DNA of 64,000 nt from Eledone cirrhosa (GCA_964016885.1 OZ024742.1:58528001-58592000); one strand, 5' to 3'; numbered from the stretch's first letter, positions 10,850-26,235 are shown. Translations and numbers: made by a program. Notes: a model not told the origin generated them from the sequence alone.

Positions 10850-12125
10850 TAAGTTGCCCCTGTAAAGTCTACACTAAGTGTCTGCCAAAGAGATGTAGGA
10901 ATATTGTCGAGCCCCAGCTAGCTGACAAACAGTGTGGATTTTGCCTGAACTCAGCACAGCTGAACAAATATTCACACTGTGGCAGGTCTTTAAGAAATTG
11001 TGGGAGTATTACCAAGAGGTGTATGTTTGTTTTGTAGGCATCAAAAAGGTATATGACTGCATTCCATGGTATCTGATGTGGAAGGTTCTGCAGGAGTATG
11101 GGATCAATGAACAGCTTTTTGATGCCCTGAAGTCTCTATATGAATACCCTAGTTTTTGTGTTTGGATAAATGGTACTATGGAGAAACTGTTTATTATGGG
11201 TGTCAGACTCTGCCAAGGGTATCTCTTCACTTCTTAATTTTCATGAACTGGATTGATATGCACAGCCAGGTTGGAAGTAGTATCAGGACTGGCAGGTTGG
11301 CTGGAATTTGCAGACGACATAGTACTACTTAACTCATTGGAAAGGGATCTCTGACATGCACTTGATAGGTTTGCTGCCAAGTGGTGCAAGATTGGAATGA
11401 AAATCAGTGCTATGAAGACTGAGTTCTCTCAAGGAAACCTGCACAGTGCACTCTACATGTGAGTGCAGTCCCTCTGAAGCAGGTGGAGAAGTTCATATAC
11501 TTCAGGGCCAATTTTCTTAGTGATGAAGGCAGGAGGCTGAATTAAGTTCAAGAGTTGCAAGATCTGGTGTAATCAACATTCAGTAATCAGAGGAAGGGAG
11601 CTAGGTGTTAAGGCCAAACTCATTACCTTCAATTCAGTATGTGTGTCAACCCTTATCTATGGTCATGAATCTTGGGTAATGATCGAAAGAATACAATTGC
11701 AAATACAAGCAGTCAAAATGGGGTTCCTCATAATGGTCTTTAGAGTAATGTTACTCAATAGAGTATGTAGCTTAGAGATCAGGAAATTACTCCAAATAGA
11801 GCTGGTACATCTCTGAATTGAGAGATCACAGCTCTGATACTATGAACATGGTCAGAAAGTCTCAGGAAAAAATCATTGGGTAGATCTTATGGGCAAAACT
11901 AGCCATCAGGAAACCCAGGGGTAAATCCTAAGCAAGATGGTTAGATAACATCCATGAGCTCAGCTGGTCTTGCTTGGGGATCCAGCTGGATCAATTGGAG
12001 ACAGTTGCTTCTGACAGGACCTGTTGGAAGGGTGTTTGAGGGCTCTGCTCCCACGACCCTCCCAGGAATATGTGAACATAGAAGGAGGAGGAGGAAGCTG
12101 CAGAAGTGGAAGATGTGAGAAAGTA
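10850..12125 (+). mobile_element. Degenerate RTE-clade LINE (family 2, no PHD), 3' portion
   Basis: EPQL..QCGF, STAEQIFTL, FADDIVLL and GHESWVM motifs with frameshifts. (GGA/GAA)n tail. Confidence 0.8.
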
Positions 12126-13169
12126 TGAAAAAACAGACATAAGAAAAGATGGTGATGGTAGTGGTAGTAGTGAGGGTGATAGCACCGACAGTGGGGATAT
12201 GACCCATTCAACCTATGCAAGCATGAAAAGGTAGCCATAAAAAGGATAATGATCATTAGTTGATTATAAATGTAATGAGGACAGACAACACAACAGTAAA
12301 GTTTTTACTGAGAAACTGAAAAAAAAGAAAAAAAGAAACAAAAAGAAAAACAATCCTTTCGGGAGAAGATATACTTCCATTCTGATTCAAAATGAAGTTT
12401 GTTGTTTCACAGATAATTTACAGCAGACCATATTTATGCCACCACTTGCCTGTGTCAATTTATTTTTTTTAAAAAGCCATGTCAAAATACCTGTCAAAAG
12501 CTATTTGATGTAACTCCTTTGAACCTCCCCATCTGCAAGTGTATTTTAAGAATAATTGTAAACATTACAAATTCCTCTTGGAATAAATACAGCTGGCAAG
12601 GAATTGATTGATCTTAGTTTGGCAATGTAATGAAAGAAGCATCAGTCTTGCAAAGCAATTATTAACTTGCAGAGGAAGGGGTGCCTTAGCTTAGAAATTA
12701 GTGTATTGTTTAGTAGCTATATAGTCAATATTTTGTGTGTTAATCCACTTGTAGAAGACTTGGAAAAGTGACAAAGTAATTTTTACTTTCCTGAATATTC
12801 TCCGATATATTTTACCAATCAACACTATAGTTATATCATGCTTTGGAATCACCAGCTATCACCGGCACACTTTATATTTTGTGTTATATATGAAATAAAT
12901 CTTGTTTGAATTTATATAATTACCAATTGAAATAATTACTTCACTTCACTTTTCTTTTGACATTCTAGTTTTGGCATGGCTTCTACAGCTAGCTGCCCTT
13001 CCTAATGCCAACCACTTTACAAAGTGTACTGGGAGCATTTTTTAATCATGTCTGTTGATGTCTATTGGTGCATTGGGGACTCTCTTATCTTCTCTCAAAC
13101 ACTTAGTGACTAACTGAATAAATATGAAAGAACCAAGTTGTGTTTCAAACACAACCCGTGTATTGTAAC

Positions 13170-13633
13170 AAGGGCTTTCAGCCACTGGGGGGGGGGGGGG
13201 GGGAATACCTCCAAAGTCAGAGTTACCTTAATTAAGAGACATGATAATGCCAGAGGAAATTTTGTACTCTGCCATACCTGTGTCCAACGAGGACGACTCT
13301 CACTTCTCCCTCTCATCCCCTATGTGAGACCATGTCAAACTTTTTCGAGCATGATCCCGTTTTTAAAAAGAAATTTGTCACACACACCTTCATGTTTGAT
13401 GAAAGAAATTCATTGTATCATTATTTTGTTAGAACAGAATTTTCCAGCACAGTTATTATTAAATTTTTAATTTGTGGGTTTGTTTTTAAAGGTACAATCA
13501 CTAAATTTTTTATTTTTTGCATGAAAAATCACTATAACCAGCAAATAATGATCTTAAAGCTAGAATATAAAATAAAATTAAAATAAATTTCTTAATCCCC
13601 CCCCCCCCCCCAAATTTTTTTTAGAAAAGCCTG
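13170..13633. mobile_element. Possible MITE
   Basis: Imperfect terminal inverted match (agggcttt.. / ..aaaagcctg) with mirrored internal G-run and C-run. Confidence 0.35.
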
Positions 13634-15679
13634 TGCTATGCTTTGCTTCTGAACACAATACTGTCAAATATATTGTTACACAAGTATATTGCTGTAAATA
13701 GCTCAACAAATATCAATATATGAGATAAAAATAAAAGTGAAAATATGGGAATCAATGAAAGAGCCTGAGTAAAGTGTCATAAGATGCTTTGATGATCTAG
13801 AATACAGGAAAGATCTAAAGAGAGATATTGACTCAGACGTATTTGGTTGTTGAAGAAGAAAACATTAAGGTTAATTACTCAGGGACACCATCTGGTGTGA
13901 AAATGGACAGTAAATTAGAGGTAGGTGTGGACATATTTAAATGAAAAAAAAATACCAAAAATCTAATGAGAAATACTGATATAGTTCAAGAAAGAGAACA
14001 TTTTCTTATCCTCATCACCACCACAACCATCATCACTATACCACTATCATCATCATCATGATCATCACCACAACCACCACCATCATCATTATCATCATCA
14101 TCACCACCACTATCATTTTCATCATCATCATCGCCAGCACCATCATCATCACCACCATTATCATCATTGTGATCAGTTTGCATTGGGTTTTTTTTCTACC
14201 CTGGCATTGGTTGGATGATAGTTTTTCAGGCAGAATAATTCTACATTCAAATGTTCTCCCTAAAACAACCTCCACCTGTTGATGAACTGTACCTGTAATT
14301 CAAACATCCACCCATATCCCATATTGTGTCATGCTAGATCTGTCTGAGAATCACATTGAGAATAGATGTATCTGTGAAATACTCAGCCATTTTCTCACAA
14401 ATGCAAAATGCAGGTAGTTCATTTGATGAAAAAGCTGAATCAATTTATTACTCATTACCATTTTTAAGGTCTTCAAGAGTGATGGCATTTAAAGAAGAAA
14501 TTAGCATCAAACCAGATACCTAACTAAGACACTTGCAACAGGGTAAACTCTGCTTAAGGCATCCTGAAGCCACAATATAAGGCTATCGTAGAAGACACTT
14601 TCCCAGTTTGCCATGCAGTGGGATTGAACCCTGAAACCATGTGGTTGTGAAGAGAACTCCTTAGCCATGGGTGGTGGAAGTATTTCGTAATTGGGGGGGG
14701 GGGGGGGGGGGATTTGGTCAATTTAGTTATAGTGATTAGTTTAGCTGTTATTATCAAATATCAACCAAGATATAAAAGACTTCGATATGCGATAAACATA
14801 AATTGCAGCACATATACAAATAGATGTGTATTTTGGTAGTTTGGGGAGAAAAATATAATTATTGGGAGGGCCATGGCCTCCCTGCCCCCAGTTGCACCGT
14901 CCCTGTTAGCCCTTTTGATACCAAACCACATGAAACCATCTCTGGTTTTATGATACAAAGCCATTTGTTTTAAATTCAAACATTCCGTCATAATGTTATG
15001 TAAAAACATCTTGTTAATTTATGTTTCAGACACAAATTTAATAAATCTTTTTAACATTGGCATGAGGCCAGAAATTTGAGAAAGGGGAAAGACAATGAAG
15101 TCGACCCAGTACTGAACTGGTACTATATTTTATCAACACCAGGAAGAAAGGCAAAGTTGGCTCCTGCAGAATTTGAAACCAGGATGTAGAGATTGGTAAC
15201 AAAATACGACAATGCATTTCATCCGATCCACTAACAATTCTGCTAAACAACTAACTTACACCAGTTTAATAATGAAAAAGCTAGTTATTAGTTATTTGAC
15301 TAAATTCAAACAAATTCTTCATTGTTTTCACAATTATGTAAAAAGCATCATTCATTAGAAATATGGTAACGATAGGGTTAACCAAACAATCATGTCTGCA
15401 TCTATTATTATTTGTGTTACATGGATTAGACAAGCTTCTATTTATGACTAAACATATATCCTTGCTGTGACATTTAGCGTCTGATGAAGATTAAAAAGAA
15501 AGATAAAAGATAATTGAAAGAATGTCTTCTCTAAGAACTGATGGATTCATCTCTCTTGTTGACATTCTCAGGAAAATTTATGGATGAAATTATAAATCAT
15601 ATCACATTAAAACAGCATTATATATGTACACATGCACACACATACACACACACATACATATATATATACACACTTGTAC

Positions 15680-15735
<56 letters not shown>

Positions 15736-15970
15736 AACATGAGAAGAAAGAAGAATACTGCGTGGTTGCAAATGGGTTACATATGATAAAAATAGTCCTT
15801 CGTCAGTGATTTTCCAACCATCATTGGTATTTCATCGCATTAAAAATCAGATACCTCAGGTTGGTGCGAGCAATAACTAAAAAAAGTTATTGGAACCAGT
15901 AATTCGCATAAAGCGAGGGGGACAAGTAAACAACATAGAAGGATAAAAGCAATATATATATATGTACATG

Positions 15971-16001
<31 letters not shown>

Positions 16002-16209
16002 TATGTATATATGTGTGTGTGTGTATATCATACACGTGTGTGTGTGTGATTGTGTGTGAACCAATGGTTATATTGTGAGAAATGCTAGAAGAAAATATAC
16101 TATCATCGTCATAGTTGTTATCATTTATATGTATGCTTTTCCATGCATTAATGCACTGGGTAATTGCTGGCCTTGTGCCAAAAGTAGAAACAATTATTTT
16201 ATATATTTT

Positions 16210-16455
16210 CACCAATAGAAAGAGAACTGGTTTCTAACATAGACACAAGACTCTTTCATTGAAATTTATACCGCATCAAATATGTCTGTCTGAGTTTGTG
16301 TGTGTGTGTGTGTCCAGGTATGGATTTTATTTGCATGTGTGGATCTGCATGCTTTGAGTTATGTGTGTACATGTGCATATATTTCTGTGTTTATACATGT
16401 GTATATTCAGTTATTACATGCAGAAGTTTTGGAATATTTTACATATTTTTACTGT
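16210..16455 (-). mobile_element. 3' end of the R4/Dong-like LINE family seen at 58670-60715
   Basis: Reverse complement matches 60462-60520 and 60650-60710. Confidence 0.65.
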
Positions 16456-17162
16456 TGGGCGGGGCGGGGGTGTATTTTTGTTAGAGGTGCCTACTGACTG
16501 TTGTTTTGCTTTGTACTTAGGCAAGGCGGGTCTTCTGTATTACTGTGTAGCGCCAAAGATCTCGGTCCAGTGGCATTGTTTTGGAGAGGTGTAAGTGTGT
16601 GAGGTCGGAATTTATCAAGTCGTCCCAGGTTTTTCTGGGTCTGCCTACTCCGTGGTTACCGTCTATTTTTATCACCCTGCACTTTTTTATACAGCTGTCG
16701 TCTTTCATGCGCATCACGTGACCATACCAACGTAGTCTTCTCTCGAGTAAACAATATCTGATTCCTCTTATTCCTAATTTCTCTCTTAGTTCATTTATGC
16801 TTTGCCGTTCACGTATATTACTATTACACATCCAGCGGAGCATGCAAGCTTCGTTCCTCTCCAGTCTGCATATATCCTCTGCACACAATGCCCAAGTCTC
16901 ACTGCCATGTAACATTGCTGTTCGTATGCATATGCATCATACAGCCTGCCTTTCATTTTTAGAGAGAACCCTTTAGCGGCCAATAGTGGTATAAGCTCTC
17001 TGAACTTTTTCCATCCCGTTCTGACTCTAGCTACTGTACTTTCAGAGCACCCTCCACCACTGCTGATTTTGTCACCCAGGTAACGGAAGGTGTCCACTAT
17101 TTCTATAGAACCATCTGTGCAATGGAATGAGCTAGTATACAGTGGGCACTTGCTGCTACTTA
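16456..17162 (-). mobile_element. RTE-clade LINE (PHD family) 3' fragment
   Basis: IEIVDTFRYLG, MLHGSETW, RRLRWYGHV, GRPRKTW. Close to 41543-42190. Confidence 0.9.
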
Positions 17163-17384
17163 TGTATGTATATATGTAGCAAAATAACAATTCATATTGT
17201 TGTATTTTGGTAAATGTGGAGAAGACTACTTCAATCTAAAAGAAATATTAACCAAATAAACAGAGAATAAATCAATGCTATCATTTATATTGTGCATTTA
17301 TATGTGTACATATTTATTCTGTAAAGGCACACATACAAACATGCACAAATATATATCAAGTAAAGTGGCATGTTCAAGTAGACT

Positions 17385-17439
<55 letters not shown>

Positions 17440-17569
17440 GTTGCTGTTCTGTTAGAATTTGATGACCAAAAATGCCTGTCAGCATCAGCATCTTGGTAGT
17501 GAGGTGCTGTGTAATGATATCACATTGATTTCTTGTAACAATAATGACAATAATAATAATAATAATAAT

Positions 17570-17727
17570 CACTAGGTAATATCTCAAAGAGTTTCCAAGG
17601 ATGGTTAAAGAAGATTAGTCCAGCCCTGCTTTTTGGAACACTTCAAAAGGCATGCTTGCAGGGAACAGCAAGAACCCTCCGATACGTCCTGAATATCTGA
17701 GGCTGCAGGTAGCGGCTTGATATTCAT
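17570..17727 (+). mobile_element. R4/Dong-like LINE C-terminal/3' fragment next to (AAT)n
   Basis: Translates ...LQKACLQGTARTLRYVLNI*, the typical C-terminus of RLE-type ORFs. Confidence 0.6.
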
Positions 17728-17777
17728 TTCAACAAACTTTCCAGTTAAATAACATCAATGACTGAGACTCAAAGAAC

Positions 17778-17811
<34 letters not shown>

Positions 17812-20464
17812 GTGATAGGGATGATGATGAAGAGGAATGGTGGGGAAGTTGAGGCTGAATAGGTGGAGATTGGCTGAAAACGATTTGAAAACTGGATGAA
17901 TGCTGGCTGGAGTAGACTGGCCAGAGGCTACATAAATGTTGGCTGGAATAGACTGGATGAAGACTGGAGTTGACTGGTTGAATACTAGAAGTTTGACTGG
18001 CATATACTAATATATATATTGTTAATTTGATGAAAATGGTAGTAGGTAACAGAATCAGTATAGGGGCAAACAATAAAAACAGAAAAGGAGCCAATCATCA
18101 GATTCGACCAAGGAGACAATGTTTCCATTGCTGATACTATTTGCCAGCTCCAGCTCCTGGTAGAAGGAGGTGGAATTTGAACTCAGAATGTGCATGACCA
18201 GATCAGACACTGTAAAGCATCCACTTAATAATTCTGCCAACCCACCACTTCTGAACTTGTACTTTAATTGTAGACACTCCAAAGGGATGAAATATGAAGA
18301 TGACTTCAGTGGGATTTGAACTCAGAATGCAGCATGTCAGAATAAATGCCAAGTCTTTTGATTTGAGGTTCTAATGACTTTTCCAATTCACCTACATTCA
18401 CACAAAACAACAATTTGTAGTACATAGTTTCATACCTTCATGTTCTTAGTTCAATGTTTGCTAGAGTCAACTTTACCTTTTATCCCTCTGTGTATCAATA
18501 AACCAACTTCCAGTATTATACTGGTAGTTGATTTATTTAACCATATGCCTCCATTTTGTGGCTTTGAACCAGTGTAAGAAGTTATCATTACCATATACAC
18601 ATGTATAAGTCACACCTTGTAAAAAATGTAAAAAGATACACCATAAAAAAAATGATGTAAAAACCAACATGTGACTTATCTATCAGACCTATAAAACCAT
18701 ATATGTGGATTAAGCACTGAGTTAAGAATATTATATGCAAAATAGGGATGTGACTTATCTAATGTATGACTGCACATGTACATGTATATACAATAGTTTG
18801 AGAAACAAAAAAAACTGATCAGTGTAGTGTCACAATTGAGATAAATGGCTCTTTTTGTCAGTGATCAACAGTCTTAAGAATCATTTTGGTCATTCATGAC
18901 CATGGGATTTACACCTAGAAGATTCCCTTCCAAAGCACAAACTTGGGCAAGTTGTTTTGTGGAAGACCAACAGTGACCCATGCATGTCACCCACCTCTCT
19001 CCATACACAAAATTGACAGACACCAGATTAAATATATTATAGTATTTATTTTTGACACTGTGTTGTGAATTCAAATTCTACCAATTTGAACTTTGCCTTT
19101 CATAGATTTGGAGAATTGTTGATATTTTTTAGCTCCACGTCATGTGTGAATCATCAGATATTTCAGTTAATTTAGTCCAATTTTTTCTTCAGACATAGTA
19201 CAAACAGAATGCAAGCATAGCTGAGTAGTTAAAAAGTTGACTTCACAATCATATGGTCCCAGATTTGATCCTACTGTGTGGCACCTTCAACCAATGTCAT
19301 TCACCATAGACTCAGATCAACTGAAGTTTTGTAAGTGAAATTGTATAGACAGAAACTGTTTGGAAGCCTGTCAAAAGGATTGTACCCGAAATTCAAAGGT
19401 CCAGCCTTGTCACATGTATCATGCTGATTCTTCTTGGGAATTATGTTAAGGGTATATGTATCTGTGGAATACTCAGCCACTTATACATTAGTTTAATGAG
19501 TAAGTCATTCTGTTGCTTGAACTACACACATCATAAAAACCAATGGAGGATTTATCATCATCATATAGGACTTCATTATCCAGTGTGTGCTTTTTTTTAA
19601 TAGGGTAGAGTGTGGTTAGATGGAGAATTGGCTATTATTTCTAGTAGATCAAGTTCATCAAATTACTGGAGTTGATTCATTTAACTATACTCTTCCCTTT
19701 GGGATATGTGATTTTGTGCCAATTATAGAATCAATATTAGTCTGCGAAAGAAGACAACTTTTTGTTTGGTCAGTGAGGATGTCAGTCTCCATGACATATT
19801 TCAGCACCTTTGAGATTGGGGAAAAAGGGGAAGGTATCCTCAAATTAGGGACCTTGTCTGAATGTTTATGACAGAATTACTTCTACTAAAGACACCAAAG
19901 GGCCAGGTGATGGTGTCAAACAAGGTGACAGATAAAGTCTAGCATCCAGGTAGGCCACAGCAGGATTTGAACTCAAAACATCAAAAGCAAGAACAAATAC
20001 AATACAAAGGACAAAGGGATGAAAAGATGGCACCTTGGTAGAATCAAGGCATCTTACAACTCTGATCACAATGTTAGTGTGGTTTTTCACTAACCAACTA
20101 TCTCCTCATCATCACATTTTGTTTCTCTGCAAATTGAGGGAAGGGAAAATTGATTACACTGACCCCAGTTTGTGACTGGTACTTTATTTTATTTTCCTCC
20201 AAAGAATGAAAAGCAAAGTTAACTTCAGCAGGATTTGAACTCAGAAAGTAAAGACTAAGAATAAACATTGCTAAGCATTTGTCTGACTTCCTAATGATTC
20301 TGCTAATTCACCACTCTTAATGTTTGAAATTTAGGCACAAGGCTAGTAGTTTTGGGAAGGACAGAAAAGTTGATTATATTGATTCCAGTACTTAATTAGT
20401 ACTATATTTCATTGATCCCTGAAGGATAAAAGGCAAAGTTGAACTCAAAATAGAAAAAGGTGGA

Positions 20465-22420
20465 ATAATAATAATAATAATAATGATTTCTTTATTCACC
20501 ACAAGGGTTAACATCAAGAAAAACATTAGGACAGCACAGGACGAAAACATAGAGTGTGTGTTGGTGTGCAGGTTTTGCATGTAAACAGACTTAAGAATAG
20601 TGTAAAAGAAAGGTAACAATAAAAATTAAACAAAAGGAATTCCTCAACACAGGGGAGATGTTTGAGGGCTGCTCATAGAAAAACCCCATAAAACTATGGG
20701 TGCCCTGATTTCTAGGGCAAGTGCTCTGATCCAGTGGTCCTCCTCCAGTCTATAGGGTTATACTCAGAGTGGGCCCATTCACTCAGGCCATGCTCGTCTC
20801 TTTCACCAACCTTACAACAAATTGTTTGGAAGGCAGCACTTACCTCTCTACTCTGATTTTTTTTCTTCAAGTGAAACCTGAAAAAGTTCATTAGGGCTTC
20901 TCTCAAAAGGAAAGTGCTGGTCTTCAACCCTTTCAAACGTGTCCACCATACAACCTCTTTCACTATAGCCACCAAACAGACAAAAACAGCCTGCTCTTTC
21001 TGACTAAGAGAAGGCGGCAGGGCGATCTTCACAATGGGTTCAGCTGATAGCCGGATTCATCCTACATGCAACAGTAGGTGTTCAACATAAACCCACATGT
21101 CAGCAATGCTTGGGCACTGGACAAGTGCAGGTAGGACAGTTTTATCATCCTGCATGCATCTCGGACAGGCTTGGCTGAGGGCACTTGTATGCCTGTAGAA
21201 TTTATCCCAAATTAACAAAACTCCCCGGTAGCACTGCCAGGTCAGAGATTTTTGGAAATTATCCGTGGGCCCTGGACTGAAAGTCCTCCCAAAAAGAGTG
21301 GTTAGATGATTTTCGTTCATGCCCAGAGTTTACCCAAGAGTATCATCACTTTTTTCTGCCACTAACCCTTTATAGAACACCAATGTATAGTTTCCACTGA
21401 TGATACTGCCTGATTGGTAGAGAGCTGTAAGCATTTTTAAGCACCCCCTCTCGGTCTTTGCTTGACCTACACCATGCCTCCACCACTTGGGCCCATTGAA
21501 TGGCTTTCTAAGAGCATGTGCCTTAGCTTTGATCAAAAGACAAATGTGGTACTTGGCCTTTCTACTCTAATGGGAAGGATGATGTCTCTTGGGAGACATA
21601 TTTGCTCAGGAATTGCATTTATATTCCTTTGCATGGTTTGAATGAGGATTTCAACCTCCATCCCTAACCAGTTTTCTTTTTTAGTCTGATAGACCTTGAG
21701 GATTTTTGATGTTTCCTTGATCCCTATCAATACTGCAGCTATTAGCCAAGGAATGGCTATTTCAGACAGCACCTGTTGCATGCAGATCCTTATTTGTCTC
21801 TGACCACAGTAGTAAGGGACTAGCAGGATCTTGTTACTCTTTAAGGGTTTCAGGGAGTGAGATTTTGTGTCTTCTTCCATTGCAAATCTCCCCTCAACTG
21901 TGCCTAAACCTCTGCCTCTTTGTATGAAAGTTTTTTGGTTCTATACGGAACCTAAAGCTTTCTGTAGTTGTGTTGCTGTTGCTCTTTCTATCTTCCTAGT
22001 TCTTAATCGAATAATGTGATACATTACTGTCTGATGTATTGTATTTTGGATAGTTTCACTAGGGGTATTGAGGTTGACAATGTGGTCATCTCTTTCCACC
22101 AGCACTCTTACTTGTTTTACTTCTTCAGATAATGTGATTTTCAAAAAAGAAGTTTTCATGGCACTAGCAAAAGATTTGGTAGTGTTGGCATTATTTACTG
22201 GTTGACTTGTTGTTGGTGTTGTTGCTGCTGCTGTTATTGTTGTTGTTGTTTTCATTGTTATTGCGTTTTTCGATTTTATTGCTGTTGTTGTTTTTGTTGT
22301 TGTTGCCGCTGCTGTTGTCATTGTTGTTATTCTTGTTGGATGAGTTTCCAATATTATTCTGTGTTTAAAACTATATTATTTAAAATAATAGTGTTTTGTT
22401 TTCTTTTTGAGTCTATCTCC
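20465..22420 (-). mobile_element. Internally deleted Tx1-clade LINE: putative ORF1 (21533-22351) joined to ORF2 C-terminus and 3' UTR
   Basis: 20712-21470 is homologous to ~6900-7600, and 21490-21530 to ~6404-6460. 3' end cccttgtggtgaataaagaaatc(att)n. The ORF1 assignment rests on position only. Confidence 0.75.
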
Positions 22421-22860
22421 ATAATAATAATAATAATAATGGTTTCTGATTTAGGCACAAGGCCAGCAATTTTGGGGGAGGGAAAAGTCAATTAAATCGA
22501 CCCCAGCGTATTACTGATACTTTATTTTCATCGACCCTAAAGTAGACTTTGACGATATTTTAACACAGGGCATAAAGAGCCGGAATAAATGCAGCAAAGC
22601 ATTTTCTCCGACACTCTAATCATTCTGCCAATCCACCACCCTAATAATAATAATGACGATTTCTATAATAGGCACAAGGCCAGCAATTTAGGGGGAAGGG
22701 AAAGTTGATTAAATCGACCCCAGTGCATTACTGGTGCTTTATTTATCGATCCTGTAAGGACAAAAAGCAAAGCTAACCTCAGTGGGATTTGAATTCAGAA
22801 CTAAATACTGCAAAGTATTTTGTCTGACACTCTAACAATTCTGCCAATCCACCGTCCTAA
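22421..22860 (-). mobile_element. Two tandem Meta-domain-like SINEs, each ending in (ATT)n
   Basis: Repeated ggcacaaggccagcaatt..atcgacccc..ctgccaatccacc blocks. Confidence 0.8.
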
Positions 22861-24178
22861 CAGCAACAATATTGATATATTTTATTGGCCACAAGGGCAA
22901 ACAACATTGGGGACAAGTACACAAGAACTAAAAACAACAAAGTGGGATTTACATGAGTAAAAGGAAGGGGGAATTAAAAACAAAAACAACAGTAATGGTA
23001 ATAATAATTATATATTTGGCATTATCCCTTGTTTCTGATGGTGCATAAATGAAGTATCTTTAGGAAGAGGAGGTCATCTGATTAATTCTCTCTCGGTACA
23101 TCAGAACTGGTGGAGGACTTAGTGGACTGACACTTTGTATATATGTCTGTTTGTGTTTGTATATATATATATATCTGTGTCTCTGTGTGTGTCTTGTTTG
23201 TGTACATCTGTGTCTATATGAGTATGTATGTGTGTATGTCAGTATGGGCCTATCTCTATTTGTATGTGTCTGTATAGGTGTGTGTGTGTGTATGTGTATG
23301 TATATGTATGTGTCTATGCGTATATGTATGTATGTGTCTATGTGTGTGTGTGTGTGTGCATCTGTATCTTTGTGTGTATGTGCATGTCTCTATGTGGGTG
23401 TATCTCTGAGTGAGTGTATGTATATGTGTCTGTGTGTATGTCTGTATGTGCATATGTCTGTATGTGCATGTCTGTGTGTTTCTGTGGGGGTTTGTATGTG
23501 TGTGTGTGTGTGTGTACACGCCTGTGTGTACGCCTACATGTACATATGTCTATGTGTGTGTGTATGCGAGCTATTAACTAACCATAACAAAAGAGAAAGT
23601 GAGAGAGCCAGAGAGAGAGAAAGCTGGACATATGTGACAACTGACTAAGTGGCATGGGATGCTGTAAAACTATGTATATCCTCCTATTTTCAGTTGATAA
23701 TAGCAGCACTTAATCTGCTGACATACAACTATACACACCACCACCACCACCACAACAACAACAACAACAACTACACACCACCCTATATATGCTCCACCAC
23801 CATTCTGTATATCTTCATGTGACCTATCAACACCATACCACACCAACCTGTATGTAACCCAACCAACACCAACACCACACACCACCCTGTATATAATCCA
23901 CCACTACCTCTACTCCCACCATCACTAACATTATCACCACCACCACCACATACCCCACTACAACCACCACAAACCTTTATATGACTCCACCCACCCACCA
24001 ATGTAGCATAAAAGAAATAAGCCAGTGACTGTGAAAGAGAAAATATGTAATCACCATCTAATTATAATTAACTATAAATAGTAACACAGGAAAAGCAACC
24101 TGAAATTTGGCTAAATGAATATTCTATTGAACGTCTGTATGTGACATTTCACATGTCTATTTTTGTTATCAACTGCCA

Positions 24179-25935
24179 GGCTGTTGCTAACATAACTAGT
24201 ATACCAACCAGAAGTCACTAACCACCAAGCACCAAACCATCAGACTGTTGCTAACACAACTAGTATACCAAACACCAACCAAGAGACTGTTGCTAACACA
24301 GCTAGTATACCAACCACCAACCATGAGACTGTTGCTAACACAACTAGTATACCAACCACCAACCACCAGACTGTTGCTAACACAACTAGTATATCAACCA
24401 ACAACCACCAGACTGTTGCTAACACAACTACTATACTAACCACCAACCACCAGACTGTTGCTAACACAACTAGTATACCAAACACCAACCAAGAAACTGT
24501 TGCTAACACAGCTAGTATACCAACCACCAACCATGAGACTGTTGCTAACACAACTAGTATACCAACTACCAACCATGAGACTGGTGCTAACACAACTAGT
24601 ATACCAACCACCAACCACCAGACTGTTGCTAACACAACTAGTATACCAACCACCAACCATGAGATTGTTGCTAACACAACTAGTATACCAAACACCAACC
24701 AAGAGACTGTTGCTAACACAGCTAGTATACCAACCACCAACCATGAGACTGTTGCTAACACAACTAGTATACCAACCACCAACCACCAGACTGTTGCTAA
24801 CACAACTAGTATATCAACCAACAACCACCAGACTGTTGCTAACACAACTACTATACTAACCACCAACCACCAGACTGTTGCTAACACAACTAGTATACCA
24901 AACACCAACCAAGAAACTGTTGCTAACACAGCTAGTATACCAACCACCAACCATGAGACTGTTGCTAACACAACTAGTATACCAACTACCAACCATGAGA
25001 CTGGTGCTAACACAACTAGTATACCAACCACCAACCACCAACCACCAGACTGTTGCTAACACAACTAGTATACCAACCACCAACCATGAGATTGTTGCTA
25101 ACACAACTAGTATACCAAACACCAACCAAGAGACTGTTGCTAACACAGCTAGTATACCAACCACCAACCATGAGACTGTTGCTAACACAACTAGTATACC
25201 AACCACCAACCATGAGACTGTTGCTAACACAACTAGTATACCAACCACCAACCACCAGACTGTTGCTAACACAACTAGTACACCAACCACCAGACTGTTG
25301 CTAACACAACTAGTATACCAACCACCAACCATGAGACTGTTGCTAACACAACTAGTATACCAAACAGTAACCATGAGACTGTTGCTAACACAACTAGTAT
25401 ACCAAACACCAACCAAGAGACTGTTGCTAACACAGCTAGTATACCAACCACCAACCATGAGACTGTTGCTGACACAACTAGTATACCAACTACCAACCAT
25501 GAGACTGTTGCTAACACAACTAGTATACCAAACAGTAACCATGAGACTGTTGCTAACACAACTAGTATACCAAACACCAACCAAGAGACTGTTGCTAACA
25601 CAGCTAGTATACCAACCACCAACCATGAGACTGTTGCTGACACAACTAGTATACCAACCACCAACCATGAGACTGTTGCTAACACAACTAGTATACCAAA
25701 CAGTAACCATGAGACTGTTGCTAACACAACTAGTATACCAAACACCAACCAAGAGACTGTTGCTAACACAGCTAGTATACCAACCACCAACCATGAGACT
25801 GTTGCTGACACAACTAGTATACCAACCACCAACCATGAGACTGTTGCTAACACAACTAGTATACCAACCACCAACCATGAGGCTGTTGCTAACACAACTA
25901 GTATACCAACCACCAACCATGAGACTTCTAACACA
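24179..25935. repeat. 42-bp minisatellite (~41 units) with higher-order repeats; degenerate extension to ~26900
   Basis: Unit gactgttgctaacacaactagtataccaaccaccaaccatga. A 420-bp block is duplicated (24241/24661), and a 168-bp period follows (aaacagt variant at 25362, 25530, 25698). Confidence 0.97.
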
Positions 25936-26235
25936 AATAGTTTTCTAGCAACCTTATTACTAACGCAACTAGTACTCTAACAACCAGTTTGTTGCTAACA
26001 CGATTAGTTTTCTAACTAGCTTGTTGCTAACACAACTAATATACTAACCAACAACTGTTAGACTGTTGCTAACACAACTCAAACTGCTAAACTATTGCTA
26101 ATACAACTAGTAAACCAACAAGTAACTATTAGACTGTTGCTATTATAATTAGTATACCAACCACCAACAGTTAGACTGTTGCCATCACAGTTTGTATAGG
26201 AACCAACAACTGCCAGACTGTTACTAATATTACAA

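Noticed and set aside
12300-12950. Non-repetitive stretches that might hold host exons or enhancers (also 45750-46350, 54910-55800)
   Set aside because: No recognisable protein motif or well-supported splice pair.
14666-14905. Possible MITE with weak terminal match (catgggtggtggaag / gttgcaccgtccctg)
   Set aside because: The inverted match is too degenerate and the TSD is ambiguous.
23151-24001. Cys/Val-, His/Thr- and Gly/Val-rich ORFs (similar ones at 13986-14282, 27617-27924, 39037-39833, 49543-49767)
   Set aside because: Translations of (GT)n, (CA)n, (CAT)n and (CAC)n microsatellites.
24240-25948. Long ORFs on both strands (264, 354, 356 and 219 aa) and a CRISPR-like look
   Set aside because: They are by-products of a stop-poor 42-bp tandem unit. 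There are no unique spacers and no cas genes, and the context is eukaryotic.
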